From assembly GCA_951406725.2 (NCBI GenBank), contig OX597814.1, positions 55,490,001-55,554,000 of the forward strand: a DNA stretch of 64,000 bases, written 5' to 3'. Under the pieces are notes generated by a model. That model saw only the letters and a program-made list of their open reading frames with translations, was not told where the DNA came from and searched no databases. Positions 27,191-39,130 of the stretch are shown piece after piece (the first letter of the stretch is position 1; each line of letters starts with the position of its first letter). Source of the stretch: Octopus vulgaris (Eukaryota). The translations under genes and the position numbers were made by a program.

Positions 27191-27330
27191 ATTGCTACAT
27201 ATGTTTCAGCATAACATGTATTTTTATGGGACTCCTTGATCACATCCATAAGATATTATTAAATATTATTTATAATATCCATGGCTCTAGGGGAGCCCAT
27301 TAATTCAACATGCATACTTCTTCAGACAAT
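27191..27330 (-). ncRNA. Type I hammerhead ribozyme, intact core, long stem II
   Basis: Minus strand reads AUUGU-CUGAAGA-[~110 nt multi-segment hairpin]-GAAA-C-AUAU-G-UA-GCAAU; 5-bp stem I, palindromic stem III CAUAUG, GUA cleavage triplet. Confidence 0.85.
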
Positions 27331-28663
27331 TTTGTATCAATGCCTTGCTATTTAAACTTCAAGATATTAATCATTCTAACCAATCAAAAAGTTCTGCTGG
27401 ATTAATGGGAAGTGATTGTGGTAAGAAGTTTGCTTTTCAGCAACGTGTTTCCAGGTTCCATTCCACTATATGGCACCTTGAGCAAGTGTTTTCTACTATA
27501 CTTTATGAATATTGCACCATATGAAATCTTTGTGGTGCCCTTTACATTGCTGATTGCTTTTGGGAGCATATCCAAAGCATAATACTATGTATGCTAGGCC
27601 AACGTATTACCATCCATTTCAAAACTATAGGCCATTCTATTACTCACTTATCAGTGTGCGGTATTACCACAAACCATGGATTTCAAATTCTCAAGGAAAC
27701 AGAGGGAACAATGTTTCATATTTGACCTGTCACTGACAAATTTAAATGAACATTTTTCCTTCTATTCCTACACCTAGTAGTTCATTAAACCTTTTCTTAT
27801 CCTTCAACTCTTCTCTTATTATTTCACTCACATCTTTTCCTACTTCTCCTCATTCCATTACTCTTTCTTCCCTCTCATGCTGTTTTGCCTACCACTTCTT
27901 ATTCACATATGAAATTTGCGTGATCATGCATTCCTTATAAGTTGCAGCCAGTTCTTTTTTTTAACTTGGAGGATATAAAACTCTGCTGTCTCTCAGCTTT
28001 TCTTTTAAGAAGGACATTGTCTGAAACATCGGATCTTCCACTCCTTATGGCAAATTCCCTGTACTCATCAATTTTACTACATAAGTCTTGCTGACACAGA
28101 TCAACAGCAGCCTCTTTGGTGTCCACTTGATCTCTCTCCCTCTCTCAAACACACACACAAATAAAATGATGTAGCAAAGAAATAGTGTAAGTGACTGAAT
28201 GAATGACACTACTACTTTCTATTAAAGCCATTGAAAACCTGAAGTGACAGTGTTCATAAAAGAATAACATATAACTTCTTTGTGCTTATCTTGCACCATA
28301 TTTAATCTGAGATTCTTTATTGAAGCAGAATATTGTTATGTCTCTATAGATTTCTTTCGATCACTTAAACCATATGCATTTTATAGATAATCATTATTAA
28401 CAGTGATGAATTTTAAGAACCAAACCAAAGTTAGACAGTATTGTTGGATAGAATCATGAGCCACTGATATGTATTTATGCTGTGTTGCACACAGATATTA
28501 ATGAGTACTTGGTATTGTATTGTAATGAGATTAAGTAGTGTTAGAGGACACAAGCAAAGTACAATAATATCAATACATGTGCACATAGTGAGCATGGATA
28601 TTTTTTATTTAGTTTGTTTTCTCGTCTCTGCCAGATGGTTGAATTTAATTGTAAACCGATTAC

Positions 28664-28707
28664 TTAACACCATCCATTTTATAATTTTTATCAGTTACTG
28701 GAATTGT
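28664..28707 (-). CDS. Candidate Slo2 micro-exon (TIPVTDKNYKMDGVK)
   Basis: Strong pyrimidine tract ending gaag|, donor AA|gtaatc; 44 nt, phase 0->2, compatible with the exons at 33603 and 16375. No homology support. Confidence 0.5.
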
Positions 28708-30159
28708 CTTCACAGAAACAAAAAGAAAAAATATAATAATGAAAATAAAAACTGGTACTATGGCAAAGAATATATGTGACTGTAGTGGGGTGTGTGTGTG
28801 TGTGTATGTGTATATAGATACCTATGTGTGTGTGTATATCTATATGTCTATGTATATATCTATATATACACACACAAAGAATATTGAAGACACACACACA
28901 TACACACACACAAACACCTGCGTTTGACTCCATTTCTTAATTTATCCATTATATATATACATATATATATATTATTTATATATATATATAAATAATGGTA
29001 TTTTATCATAAATGATCGAAATTGTTCTGAGAAGATTCAACAATATCATATAATCTATTAAATATTTAAAATAATTCAAAACTATGAGACTAAATAAATA
29101 AGACATACAAAAAGCATCAAATCAATAAACCATACAAAAATCTCAATGACACAATGAATAAAACAACATAATATTTGTCAAAACTATTCACAAAATATGA
29201 AAATGAGCATGACAGAAAATATTGAAGACAGTTTAACTTGCACCAAGATGTATATTCTAGGGGTGTATTTTAATGTATAATTGATAATGAATGTTAAAAG
29301 TGGAAAATATTGTACAAATCTAATTCTTCACAGTTATCTCTTTTGAAGCTAAATAATTTTCTTTTATAATAACAAAAGGGACACTATGATTATAATCAGA
29401 TTATAATATATATAGGGTTGTCTTTTGCTTTGCCAGCTTTGATGAAACTCTACTGGAAATTACTGTGTCCCAGTTTCTGCCTAATATCATTAAATTACGA
29501 TACAGGTACCAAATATGAAGGAGAGCCAGCCAAAAATTTGAAGTCACAGTCACCCAAATTCTTATAAAAATTTAATAAAACATGTGCTCCACTTAACAAT
29601 ATTGGGTAATTGTTCTTAATGTTAAATTGCTTTTATTTTTAGTTTGACCTAAAAACAAAAATTTGTATACACCCATAGATGTTCGTATAAGTTGTGCATA
29701 TGTACAGACATAAATATTTGTATATATTTATCTATATTTATTTATCCATATAAATATACATGTATTGTAATATATACTGATGTGCAACTATTAATGTCTG
29801 CACACATTTGAAATCTTTTATTTTCAGTCATACAGATAATAAGATATTAGAAATTATCAACTTCAAATCCTATCATATCTCATTAACATTATATGTGTGT
29901 GTGTGTGCTTATGTGTAGGTTTGTCATTCTCTGCAATGTCAATTTAATTTCAACTATCACTTAATTTTAAATGATATTGTATTACAAACAAAGTTGAATT
30001 GTTAAGACAAAACCCTTTCCCCAGTTTCAATGAAATTCTCTTAGCTCTAATTCCTGTAGTATAATTATTGAATTAAAGTAAATCAAATATTTTATTTTTC
30101 GAATACAATTATTAAATATGAAATTCAACATATAGTTGAATTTCATGAATTAATCTATA

Positions 30160-30592
30160 CATCGAAGACCCATTGAGGCAAGTGAGGATCAGAATCGAAA
30201 TCGATCAATGGAAATCGATCAATGGAAATTGCAGATGTGTTACCAGTGCCGGTGGCATGTAAGAGAACTTTCCGTTTCGCGACCGTTGCCAGCACCGCCC
30301 CGTTTCGTGTCCGTTGCCAGCCTCGCCTGGCCCTCGTGCCGGTGGCACATAAAAAGCACCATCCGTTCGTGGCCGTTTGCCAGCTCTGTCTGGCACCAGT
30401 GCGGGTGGCACGTAAAAAGCACCCACTACACTCACGGAGTGGTTGGCGTTAGGAAGGGCATCCAGCCGTAGAAACACTGCCAGATTTGACTGGGCCTGAT
30501 GAAGCCTTCTGGCTTCACAGACCCCAGCAGAACCGTCCAACCCATGCTAGCATGGAAAACGGACGCTAAATGATGATGATGATGATGATGAT
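30160..30592 (+). mobile_element. Young CpG-rich SINE/RTE-tailed retroposon with 14-bp target-site duplication
   Basis: TGAATTAATCTATA at 30146-30159 and 30593-30606; tail ccatgctagcatggaaaacggacgctaaa(tga)n. Related copies at ~21745-21910, 41070-41260, 53900-54170 and 60317-60517. Confidence 0.9.
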
Positions 30593-31099
30593 TGAATTAA
30601 TCTATATAATTTTCCCCACTAATTTAGTCTAAATTTTATGTATAGAGAAATTGTTAAATTTAATATACTTATATGAATGATGTTTCTCACATGAAAGCTA
30701 AATGGTTTAATAGTGATAATACAAGTAGTAAGTCTGGTTATAACTGCAACATATATGAATGCTATTACTGGATTAGACTGAAATATCCTGAAATTACATC
30801 AATATTTCCTTCATTTCTACAGAATTAAAGGGGTTTGAACAGTTCTGAGTTCAGCAGCAACACAGATATATGTCTAAATAAATATAAAGAACTTCATGAG
30901 GATCAGAGATTAAATCAATCTATATACAGGCACAGGTGTCACTGTGTGATAAGCAGTTCGCTTCTCAACCATATGGTTTCAGGTTCAGTGCCACTGTGTC
31001 ACACCTTGGTCAAGTATCTTCTAGTACAACTCCAAGCTGACCCCAAAGGCCAAAACCTTATGAGTAAATTTGGTAGACAGAAACTGAAAGAAACCTACT

Positions 31100-31161
<62 letters not shown>

Positions 31162-33602
31162 GAACACACAGGTGAGCAAGGTTTCTGTAAGAAGCCTATG
31201 AAACTTTAAGTTGCATGGGCTGAATCAAACTGTTTTAAATAATAATAATGATATACATATGTTTGCTTGTCTTTGTGTTTATGAAAATTCAGCAAAAGAG
31301 ACTGGTAGAATAAGTACCAGACTTAAACAAATGAATAACTGGGGATAATATGTTCAACTAAACCCAATATATCTTCAGTCCAATGACGGAAACAAGTGAA
31401 AGACAAATGAAAGAGAATGTCAGAAAAATATATATCAAAGATGAAATTGATAATCTAAAAACCTACAGTTGTAGTTAAAATCTTATTTTAGATGTATTGA
31501 TGAGTTACAGGTGTTGATGTTCCTTCAATTAAAATTATTTTTGTAAATGTATAATACTAAAACTTCTTTAATGTATATGAAAACTTTTAATTGATCTTCT
31601 AAATTATATTTTTTAGAGTTTTCAACATATTTTTTTAATATTCTATAGTGAGTAGTTTTGCAATACAACTTTGCATGCATGTGTGTGTGTGTGTGTGTGT
31701 GAGTGTAGCTTGGTTGTTTTATTTCTTTCTTTTGTTTTACATCTATTTTTTATGGTAATGATACTTGCTGATGTGTGTGTAGCCTTGTCTACTATTATTG
31801 ATTTGAACCTGTGTTTTATCAGTCAGGGCAACTGGAGCAAGCAGAATCATATCTCTTGCCCAATGTCACACTACAATAGCTGTAGTAAGAGTTTAACTTA
31901 TAAAGATATTATCAATAATCCATATTTTAAACTCAGTTTCATTTTACCATCCAACAGTTAAAAAGTTCTTATCTGTTTAACTATTAAATCACTATATGTA
32001 TAAAGATATTTATATTAAAATCAATATTATATCCAAATTCAATCAATTTATACAGAAATATGTTTTGATAGAGAATGTGATCTACAGTCTCAGGCTGAGT
32101 GATGAAATTGAAACTCATGAGGTTGTTGTTTAGCCCAAGGTCAGTACTGAACATGTGGACTTATGATCAACTATATTCTAATCTTGACAATTTTCTCTTT
32201 TCCAGGCATAAAATTCAATGTTATTTCTTTATTCAAGGTAGCAGAGTTTGATTTGAAAAAGATTTTGCTCTCCCACCCTCCATATTTTTTGATTTACCAG
32301 CAGGTTTCTTATATAGCTGCTTTCATTCCTCCCTGTATTGTCACTTATTACCTCCTTCTTCCTGAGCCATTTTTATTCTTTCACCTTCTCCATAACACTA
32401 ATATTCACCACTGATCACACCTTCACCTGTGTCCCATTCCCTACATCCCTCTCTACATTCATCTCTAACCATTTGTCACACTCTCCTCACACTCTAATGA
32501 ACCTGTCTACTCACCCTTCTCGATGCTTTGTCTGTATTCTCCCTTATACACATCTGATACAATCACCACGATTATTGTCTTCTCTAGAGCCCATTCACCC
32601 ATTTATGATGCAAGGTAGTCACATATCTCCACTAAAGCAAGATATACACACACTCACATACATACATATACATGTGTGTGGGTGTGAGTATGTTTTTGTG
32701 TTTCCTGGTTTTGACATAGCATGATAGTTATAAATGAGAGCCACAAGTGTTTTTCATTTCCAATATTCTGTGAAAACATGTCTGGCCATGGGGAAATTTT
32801 ACCTTGCTTGGAAACAGGTGAGGGTAGGTGGTAGAAAGGTTATCCAACTGTAAAAAGTCTGTCTCAATAAACTATGTCCAGTACATGCAAGTATGGAAAA
32901 GTAGATGTCAAAAAGATAACGATGATGATATATGTATACATGTGTGCGTACACACATACATACATATGTATATATGTATGTATACACACACACACGCATA
33001 TATCTATATATACACACATGCAAAAATATAGATACATAAATTTCAAACATACATACACATATACATCTTGTTGTTTTGAAAGTTAGAGGTGATTTATCAA
33101 CTTCTGTGTAGGCTAAGATGTGCAAGTTCTATAGAAATCACATATTATTTACATATTGTACAGCATGTGCATAGTCTAATATCATACTATCAGTTGCACT
33201 CTGTTTTGATTGGGGTTACCGTTCTATTACAGTAAAGGTCAATAGCTTTCATCTATCCTTGCTGCTATACCAGTATAACAGTGCTAAGACTACTTGGTAT
33301 TTCAGCTTTAATGTTATTTCATTGATTTAACTTGAAATCTTTCAGAAGCATATGCAACTTATATATATTTAAGTATACTCATGCAAGTCCCTCAATATAT
33401 TATTTAAAAAATATTTCTTAATCACCACTAGCTAGAAAGAACTTCAGTAATATTTACTTCTGGTAATCTTTATAAGAAAATGTAACAGACTTTATAATAT
33501 TACTAATTGTGTAGCTAGAAAAACTGCCATCACTGTATTATACTTGGATTCAGTCAACATACAATACAGGAAAGTTTTAAATAGTTTTTCTAGAGAATTT
33601 AC

Positions 33603-33837
33603 CCTACTGTTGTCTTCCAGTATGGTTGAAATCCTTGTTCTCCTGAAATGAGGGAAAGGCCCTAGTTTGTTGTCTGAATTCTCATCGGTATCTGAGTTGT
33701 CTGCCCCTGTTGGCTCACCTCTTTCACTGAGGCTGTGTAGCTTAGAATCTTTTACTATTTGATTTTTCTTCAACAGTTTGCGTTCATCTACCAGTGGCGA
33801 GGGGTGAGGGGACAATGAACTCGGTCGAATAAGATAT
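33603..33837 (-). CDS. KCNT/Slo2: Slo2/KCNT exon (YLIRPSSLSPHPSP...RISTILEDNSR)
   Basis: Long poly-T acceptor, AGG|gtaaat donor, 235 nt, phase 2->0; YLIR continues the conserved D-I-V-Y-L-I-R motif, followed by a divergent Ser/acidic tail. Confidence 0.9.
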
Positions 33838-35113
33838 CTAAAAAAACAACAAAAAAAAAACAATAAAAAATATTTTAAAACAAAATTATATAAGCTTTTA
33901 ACAATAATTATTTATAGACTTTGACATAAAATTGCTATTTCTTTTTCATAATCATGTGAAGATTTAATACATGAATTTTATACCACATATTTTTGTAATT
34001 AAGAAAACCATCTTAAAATTCTAATTAATATTCAATAGTATAAAAATCAAAAAATAGAAAATTTGTTTGAAAAATTAGCTTTTATGATTTGCATGCACAT
34101 TCTGTGAGAATAATGTTTTATAGAAATGACTTTGCTTTTCATCTCTTGAAGCTTAAGAGAGAATAAATGACAAAGTTAGTTTGTTAGAGGACAACCAGTT
34201 ATGTGTTCAATGGTTAGTATGTTGCTACCAGCATTGTATTGAGTTCACGGTTCAACCAATTAACTTTTAAAATGCATAATACATCTAACTGGAATAAAGT
34301 ACAGTGGAATAGGGGAAAAAAATCTCTCCTCTAAACAGTGTTATGTTAAGTTGTAGTGTACTGAATTCAACTTGTCCTGTGAGTATAGTTTGACTGAAAA
34401 TAGAAACACTACTTGGGTTTGGGACTGATCTTGCCCATACTAAAGACCAAACAAGAGAGCCTCTATATGGTTGCAGAGCCAGTTACAAATAGCAGCCAAA
34501 TTTCACTTAAATTACACCCTAGTGTCTTAAAAAAGAAAGAGATTTTAGATATTGTAGTACAAGATAGCTGTTTCATGATGGAAAAAAAAAAAAGAAAAAA
34601 GAAATGAGAAGTAAGATGATCATAGCTGTAGGTCTACCTGATCAGAGCTGATTTGGGGATAAACAATAAGAACAACAATAATCCCCAACAACACCCAATT
34701 CTGAAGCAGAGGAATAATTTATTTTGCATTATGGAGCTAACGCAATAGTTCCAGTATGGTTTGAACTCTTAATTAGTCTTTCTGTAGTCCTCTAACAAGC
34801 CAGACATCTGTAGCAGCTCACTGAAGATATCACAAATTCATAAATATGACAGCTATATCTTTGGAACCATTACTTTAGATTCTGAGTTATTGATTACCAA
34901 AAACAAGCTCACATTGAATATTGCAGTTGCATAATTTCTGATTTAAGAGAAAGTGCCAATATTGCAGAATTACTGAAGACTTTTATTTATCTCATTGGCT
35001 GTCTGCTTTCTGTTTAATAGCAAATATCTAAGTTGGTTAGAAACTGTGCTCTCATCAAACATATTATAGTGAGATCAGAAAATGGAAAAAAAATATTATC
35101 TAAATATACTTAC

Positions 35114-35198
35114 ATGATATCATCAAGAACTAATTTTGTGTCATAACTGGGATTAGTGATAACATATGATAAGCAATTTTTCTTTTCACCACAATCAT
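35114..35198 (-). CDS. KCNT/Slo2: Slo2/KCNT exon, end of RCK2 region (NDCGEKKNCLSYVITNPSYDTKLVLDDII)
   Basis: tgtag| acceptor and AT|gtaagt donor; 85 nt, phase 1->2, which exactly bridges the flanking exons; contains the LSYV.xNP..D..L..D.I motif of Slo-family channels. Confidence 0.95.
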
Positions 35199-37139
35199 CT
35201 ACAATGGTATGATATAAATTCATTTGTTTTAGAATACAAGAAAAAAGAAAAAAGACAGTCAATTTCTTTGAAAACAATTTCTACTGAAAAGAATAAAATG
35301 ATTAATAAGGAATAGATAAAAAGAAATGTTTAAAAAATGACCATAAAATTTGTATTTGTTTGCACAATCCCTTTACATGAAATGTATCTCTTTGCAGATG
35401 ACAGTGATTACTTCTTCCATTATCTATTTCTTCTAAGGACATACTTCCTTACACTGGCCAGACACTTTGTCATGTAAAGTCTGGTACTCTCTTTCTCCAT
35501 TGTTTTTGTTATTTTCTTGAGAGAATTATTTTCCTATTTGCTGTGATCTACCCTATTTTCTAGAAAGTCTAACATTTATTTCTACAAAAAAAGATCATGT
35601 CTCAGAAGCATCAAAATAATCGAAGTACTTATGAAAGAAACTTACTAACAATGCTATATTCTTCATAAACACATGGATAAAAATTTCCTGCACTTAAATG
35701 TTAACTCTCACAGTTTTTGAAATCTTTTCATAGCATTCCTAACATAATAAAGGATGTACAATGAAGATATATTTTCGCTTCAAGGAAAGAAAATGTTTTG
35801 GTTCTGAACATTTTCTCTACAAGGTGCAAGTAATGCACTTATATAAATAGAATAATGTGGATGCTACAAACATACATGCTCATGCATGCATACACCACAA
35901 GATGTTATCCCAAAAGAGGTAATTTAATTGATAAGTAAATCTTCACTCATGGCAAAGATGTAGCTTCTGCACCACTAAAGCAATGTTACTTCATCCAAAC
36001 TATTAAGCTGTGAAAAACTCTCATCCAAACTCAGAATTATATGTCTACCACTCTTCTTGTCATCTCAATTGTATCCTACTTTGTAAATAGTGTGCTAAGT
36101 ACTGTACCAGAATCTTTTCCCCCAGAACTGAAGCACTGTGGAACTTCCTCTCACCTGTCTATATTTCCAACAGGAACAGTGAAAGTTCCACTTTATTATC
36201 ATTACCTCAGTTCAAACTGGTTTCACATTTTGGTACAAGGCCAGCAATTTTGGGGTAGCAGGCTAGTTGGTTATATTGACCCCAGTTTTCAACTGGTACT
36301 TATTTTATCTACTCTGAAAGAATGAAAGGCAAAGTCAACCCTGGCAGAATTTGAACTCAGAACATAGAGATAGACAAAATACTACTAAGCATTTTTCCCT
36401 GCATGCTAATGTTTCTGTGAGCTTGCCACTCTTACATCAGTTCATATTGCCATAAAACAAACAATAATCTAATCAATAAACAAAGGTCTTCTTGACTCAA
36501 TTAATCAATATATACTTTTTCTATCCAGAGGGTTTTTTAAAACCTATTATCTACATACTTTTCTTTATAGATTTATCTACTTCAGAGTTCAACAATTATA
36601 AATGAATTTTTCATGTTCTCTTGAAATTTCCGAATTCTTATGACATAGATAATGTATACTATTTTAAACTGATGATACAATCAACAGAATGACTGAAGAG
36701 AGAAATGAAATAAAAAAGCTACAATGTAAAAAAATGTTGAAATCTCTTTAACATTAGATTAGTAATCAAGATTATTAATCAGAAACAGAATTTCATAATT
36801 TATTTTCTAGCAAGATTCATTCATTAAAAATAATCAAAAGTAATAATTTTTCAGTGTTATTTTCATGAAAAAAAAAAAAACATAGCTAAGTTCCAAGTAA
36901 TATTTTCTTATACATTTTGAATATGATTTGCAAAGTATAAAGCAGAAACAGTGATCAGTTTTTAAACCAAGAAAATATATCAATTTTACTACAGATTTCA
37001 ATAAAAATGTTTTGAAATATCAGTATTTTCAGATTCAATGTGTAAAATTAAATTTTTTTATTTCAATTAAAAAAGAAAAAGATAGGAATAAAAAGAACAC
37101 ATTACTTGTAAAATCTTGCCAAGATCACAAAATACTTAC

Positions 37140-37272
37140 TATAATCTTTTAATGGAAGATTAAGATGAGCCATCCGGCATCTAACCATCTGTGCAATCTC
37201 TTGACGTTCAGGAGTTGTATTTGTATGGTAGGTAGATTGCTCTTCAGTTTCATGATTCATACTTAAAGAAAC
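37140..37272 (-). CDS. KCNT/Slo2: Slo2/KCNT Na+-activated K+ channel, C-terminal exon (VSLSMNHETEEQSTYHTNTTPERQEIAQMVRCRMAHLNLPLKDY)
   Basis: Acceptor ttttattttcag, donor A|gtaagt, 133 nt, phase 0->1, only one open frame. ERQEIAQMVRCRMAHLNLP matches the ERQELSELVKNRMKHLGLP motif of KCNT1 (recalled, not searched). Confidence 0.93.
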
Positions 37273-37631
37273 CTGAAAATAAAAAATTAAATATGAATTT
37301 AGAATAGTTTTTTTTTATATCAACAAAACACCAGAAGATATTTTAAAAAACATCTTTCTTTTCAGTTACCATGGTGAGAAGACATGGTGACACGACAAAG
37401 GGCAGTTCTGTAAAATTCAATATTTGAATGAATTAGCAAAAATATTTTCTAGTAGGTTTTGAACCTGATATTTGTTAATGTCACATTAATAACATGCTTC
37501 ATTTCATACTGCTATAAACAAAATAGACATGAAATTGAATACATAGAGCAGAAAAAATATTTGTATCAGTTCAAAGAATAATTGAATCGACAAATATATA
37601 GATGTACATAGATATGCACCCACACATTGAT

Positions 37632-37675
<44 letters not shown>

Positions 37676-38118
37676 TAGATATAAGCAAAGCAAAAAATAA
37701 CAAAATAGACCAACTTTTAGTTAAGATAAATATTAATGAAAAAACTGAAAAAGTGCTGTAAATATTGAAATAGAGTTTCTTTAAAATGAGGCTCTAGATA
37801 TTAATGTAGCTAGATGTTATTATGATATTGTAACTCAATGATTTAAGTTTATCATATCTGAAATTAAATGTTACTAGAGAAGAATGATACAATCAAATTC
37901 ATTAAATGCCATATCAATTAATCCAGAGAAACTTTAAACATTATATTTTTCAGGTATTGAACTAAATATATTAAAGAAGATATTCATATATATTGGGAAG
38001 GATATACAAAAAATATTTATGAATATTCATTATAAAAGAAGCATCATAACATTTTGATTTGTATTGTTTAACTAAAGATGGGTTTGTTTCATTTTGGTTA
38101 TATAATTTACTTGGTGAA

Positions 38119-38171
<53 letters not shown>

Positions 38172-38177
38172 CATATA

Positions 38178-39019
38178 CAAGATGCATTACAAAAGTTTTG
38201 AGACATTTTTAGGACCAGTAGTTAGTTATAACAGTCCGAGATTATGGTAATTTTAGTATATCATAGCTATACATCTAATAAGCTGAGCTGCCAAATTTTG
38301 TTATTCCAGACTGAAGGTGATGGTTGTAACAGCACTTTGAACACGTCCTACTAAACATTGCTTTCTACAGCTGATTAGTTTGCAGAATGCTGTCAGGATG
38401 TGAAGACAGTTTAGAAGCTCACTATATAATAAAGTTTTGTGTTAAACTGAACAAGAACACTACAGAAACTTATGAAATGCTCCACACTGCTTATGGATTA
38501 ACTTATAAGAGCCAAGTGTCTGATTTTTACTGGTACAAGAGGCCAGGCAAAGTAAGTCCATGATGATTTCCTTTTTCAGCAGCAACACCAGATTCCTTCT
38601 GGTGAGTCAGCAAATAAAGAACACTTAGTGGAGATTTTGAGGGAGTCCAAGCAATTTCCTTGCAAAAGGCCAGAGCGCCTGCACCAGGACAATGTACTAG
38701 TCCACAATTCCATCCTGGTAACCAAAAACTTGACAAAGATGGGCATCAAAACTGTCCCTCACTCTCACTACATTCCAGACCTTGCTCCCCATAATATTTA
38801 GTTGTTACACAAACTTAAGAGATGAAGGAGGCTGTGACAAGGGTCCTTGGATGCTTTCATTTTGGAGGCCTTCCATAGCCCCTTCACAAAGTAGCTGGAG
38901 TTCTACAAGTGCACTGAAGTCAGATTATTATACTTTGAAGGAGAGTATAGTTTTGTGTTTCTTTGGAATTAATAAATGTCTCTCTTGAAAAGGTTTCAAA
39001 ACTTCTGGAATATACCTTG
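38178..39019 (+). mobile_element. Internally deleted mariner element with TIRs and TA target duplication
   Basis: ta-caagatgcattacaaaagttttga ... tcaaaacttctggaatataccttg-ta; remnants TETYEMLHTAYG, HQDN, HYIPDLAP. Confidence 0.85.
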
Positions 39020-39075
39020 TACACTCATATGCATATACAGACACATGCACATTGCTATGAACAGATACACACACA

Positions 39076-39130
<55 letters not shown>

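Noticed and set aside
27935-28126. 63-aa ORF that looks protein-like
   Set aside because: No pyrimidine-rich acceptor or good donor and no recognisable motif.
30240-30425. Spaced short direct repeats resembling a CRISPR array
   Set aside because: Internal repeats of a eukaryotic retroposon; irregular spacing and no cas genes.
37132-37139. Alternative donor AA|gtattt giving a direct in-frame join to the 33837 exon
   Set aside because: The stronger gtaagt donor plus the conserved 35114-35198 exon explains the phases; the direct join would delete a conserved motif.
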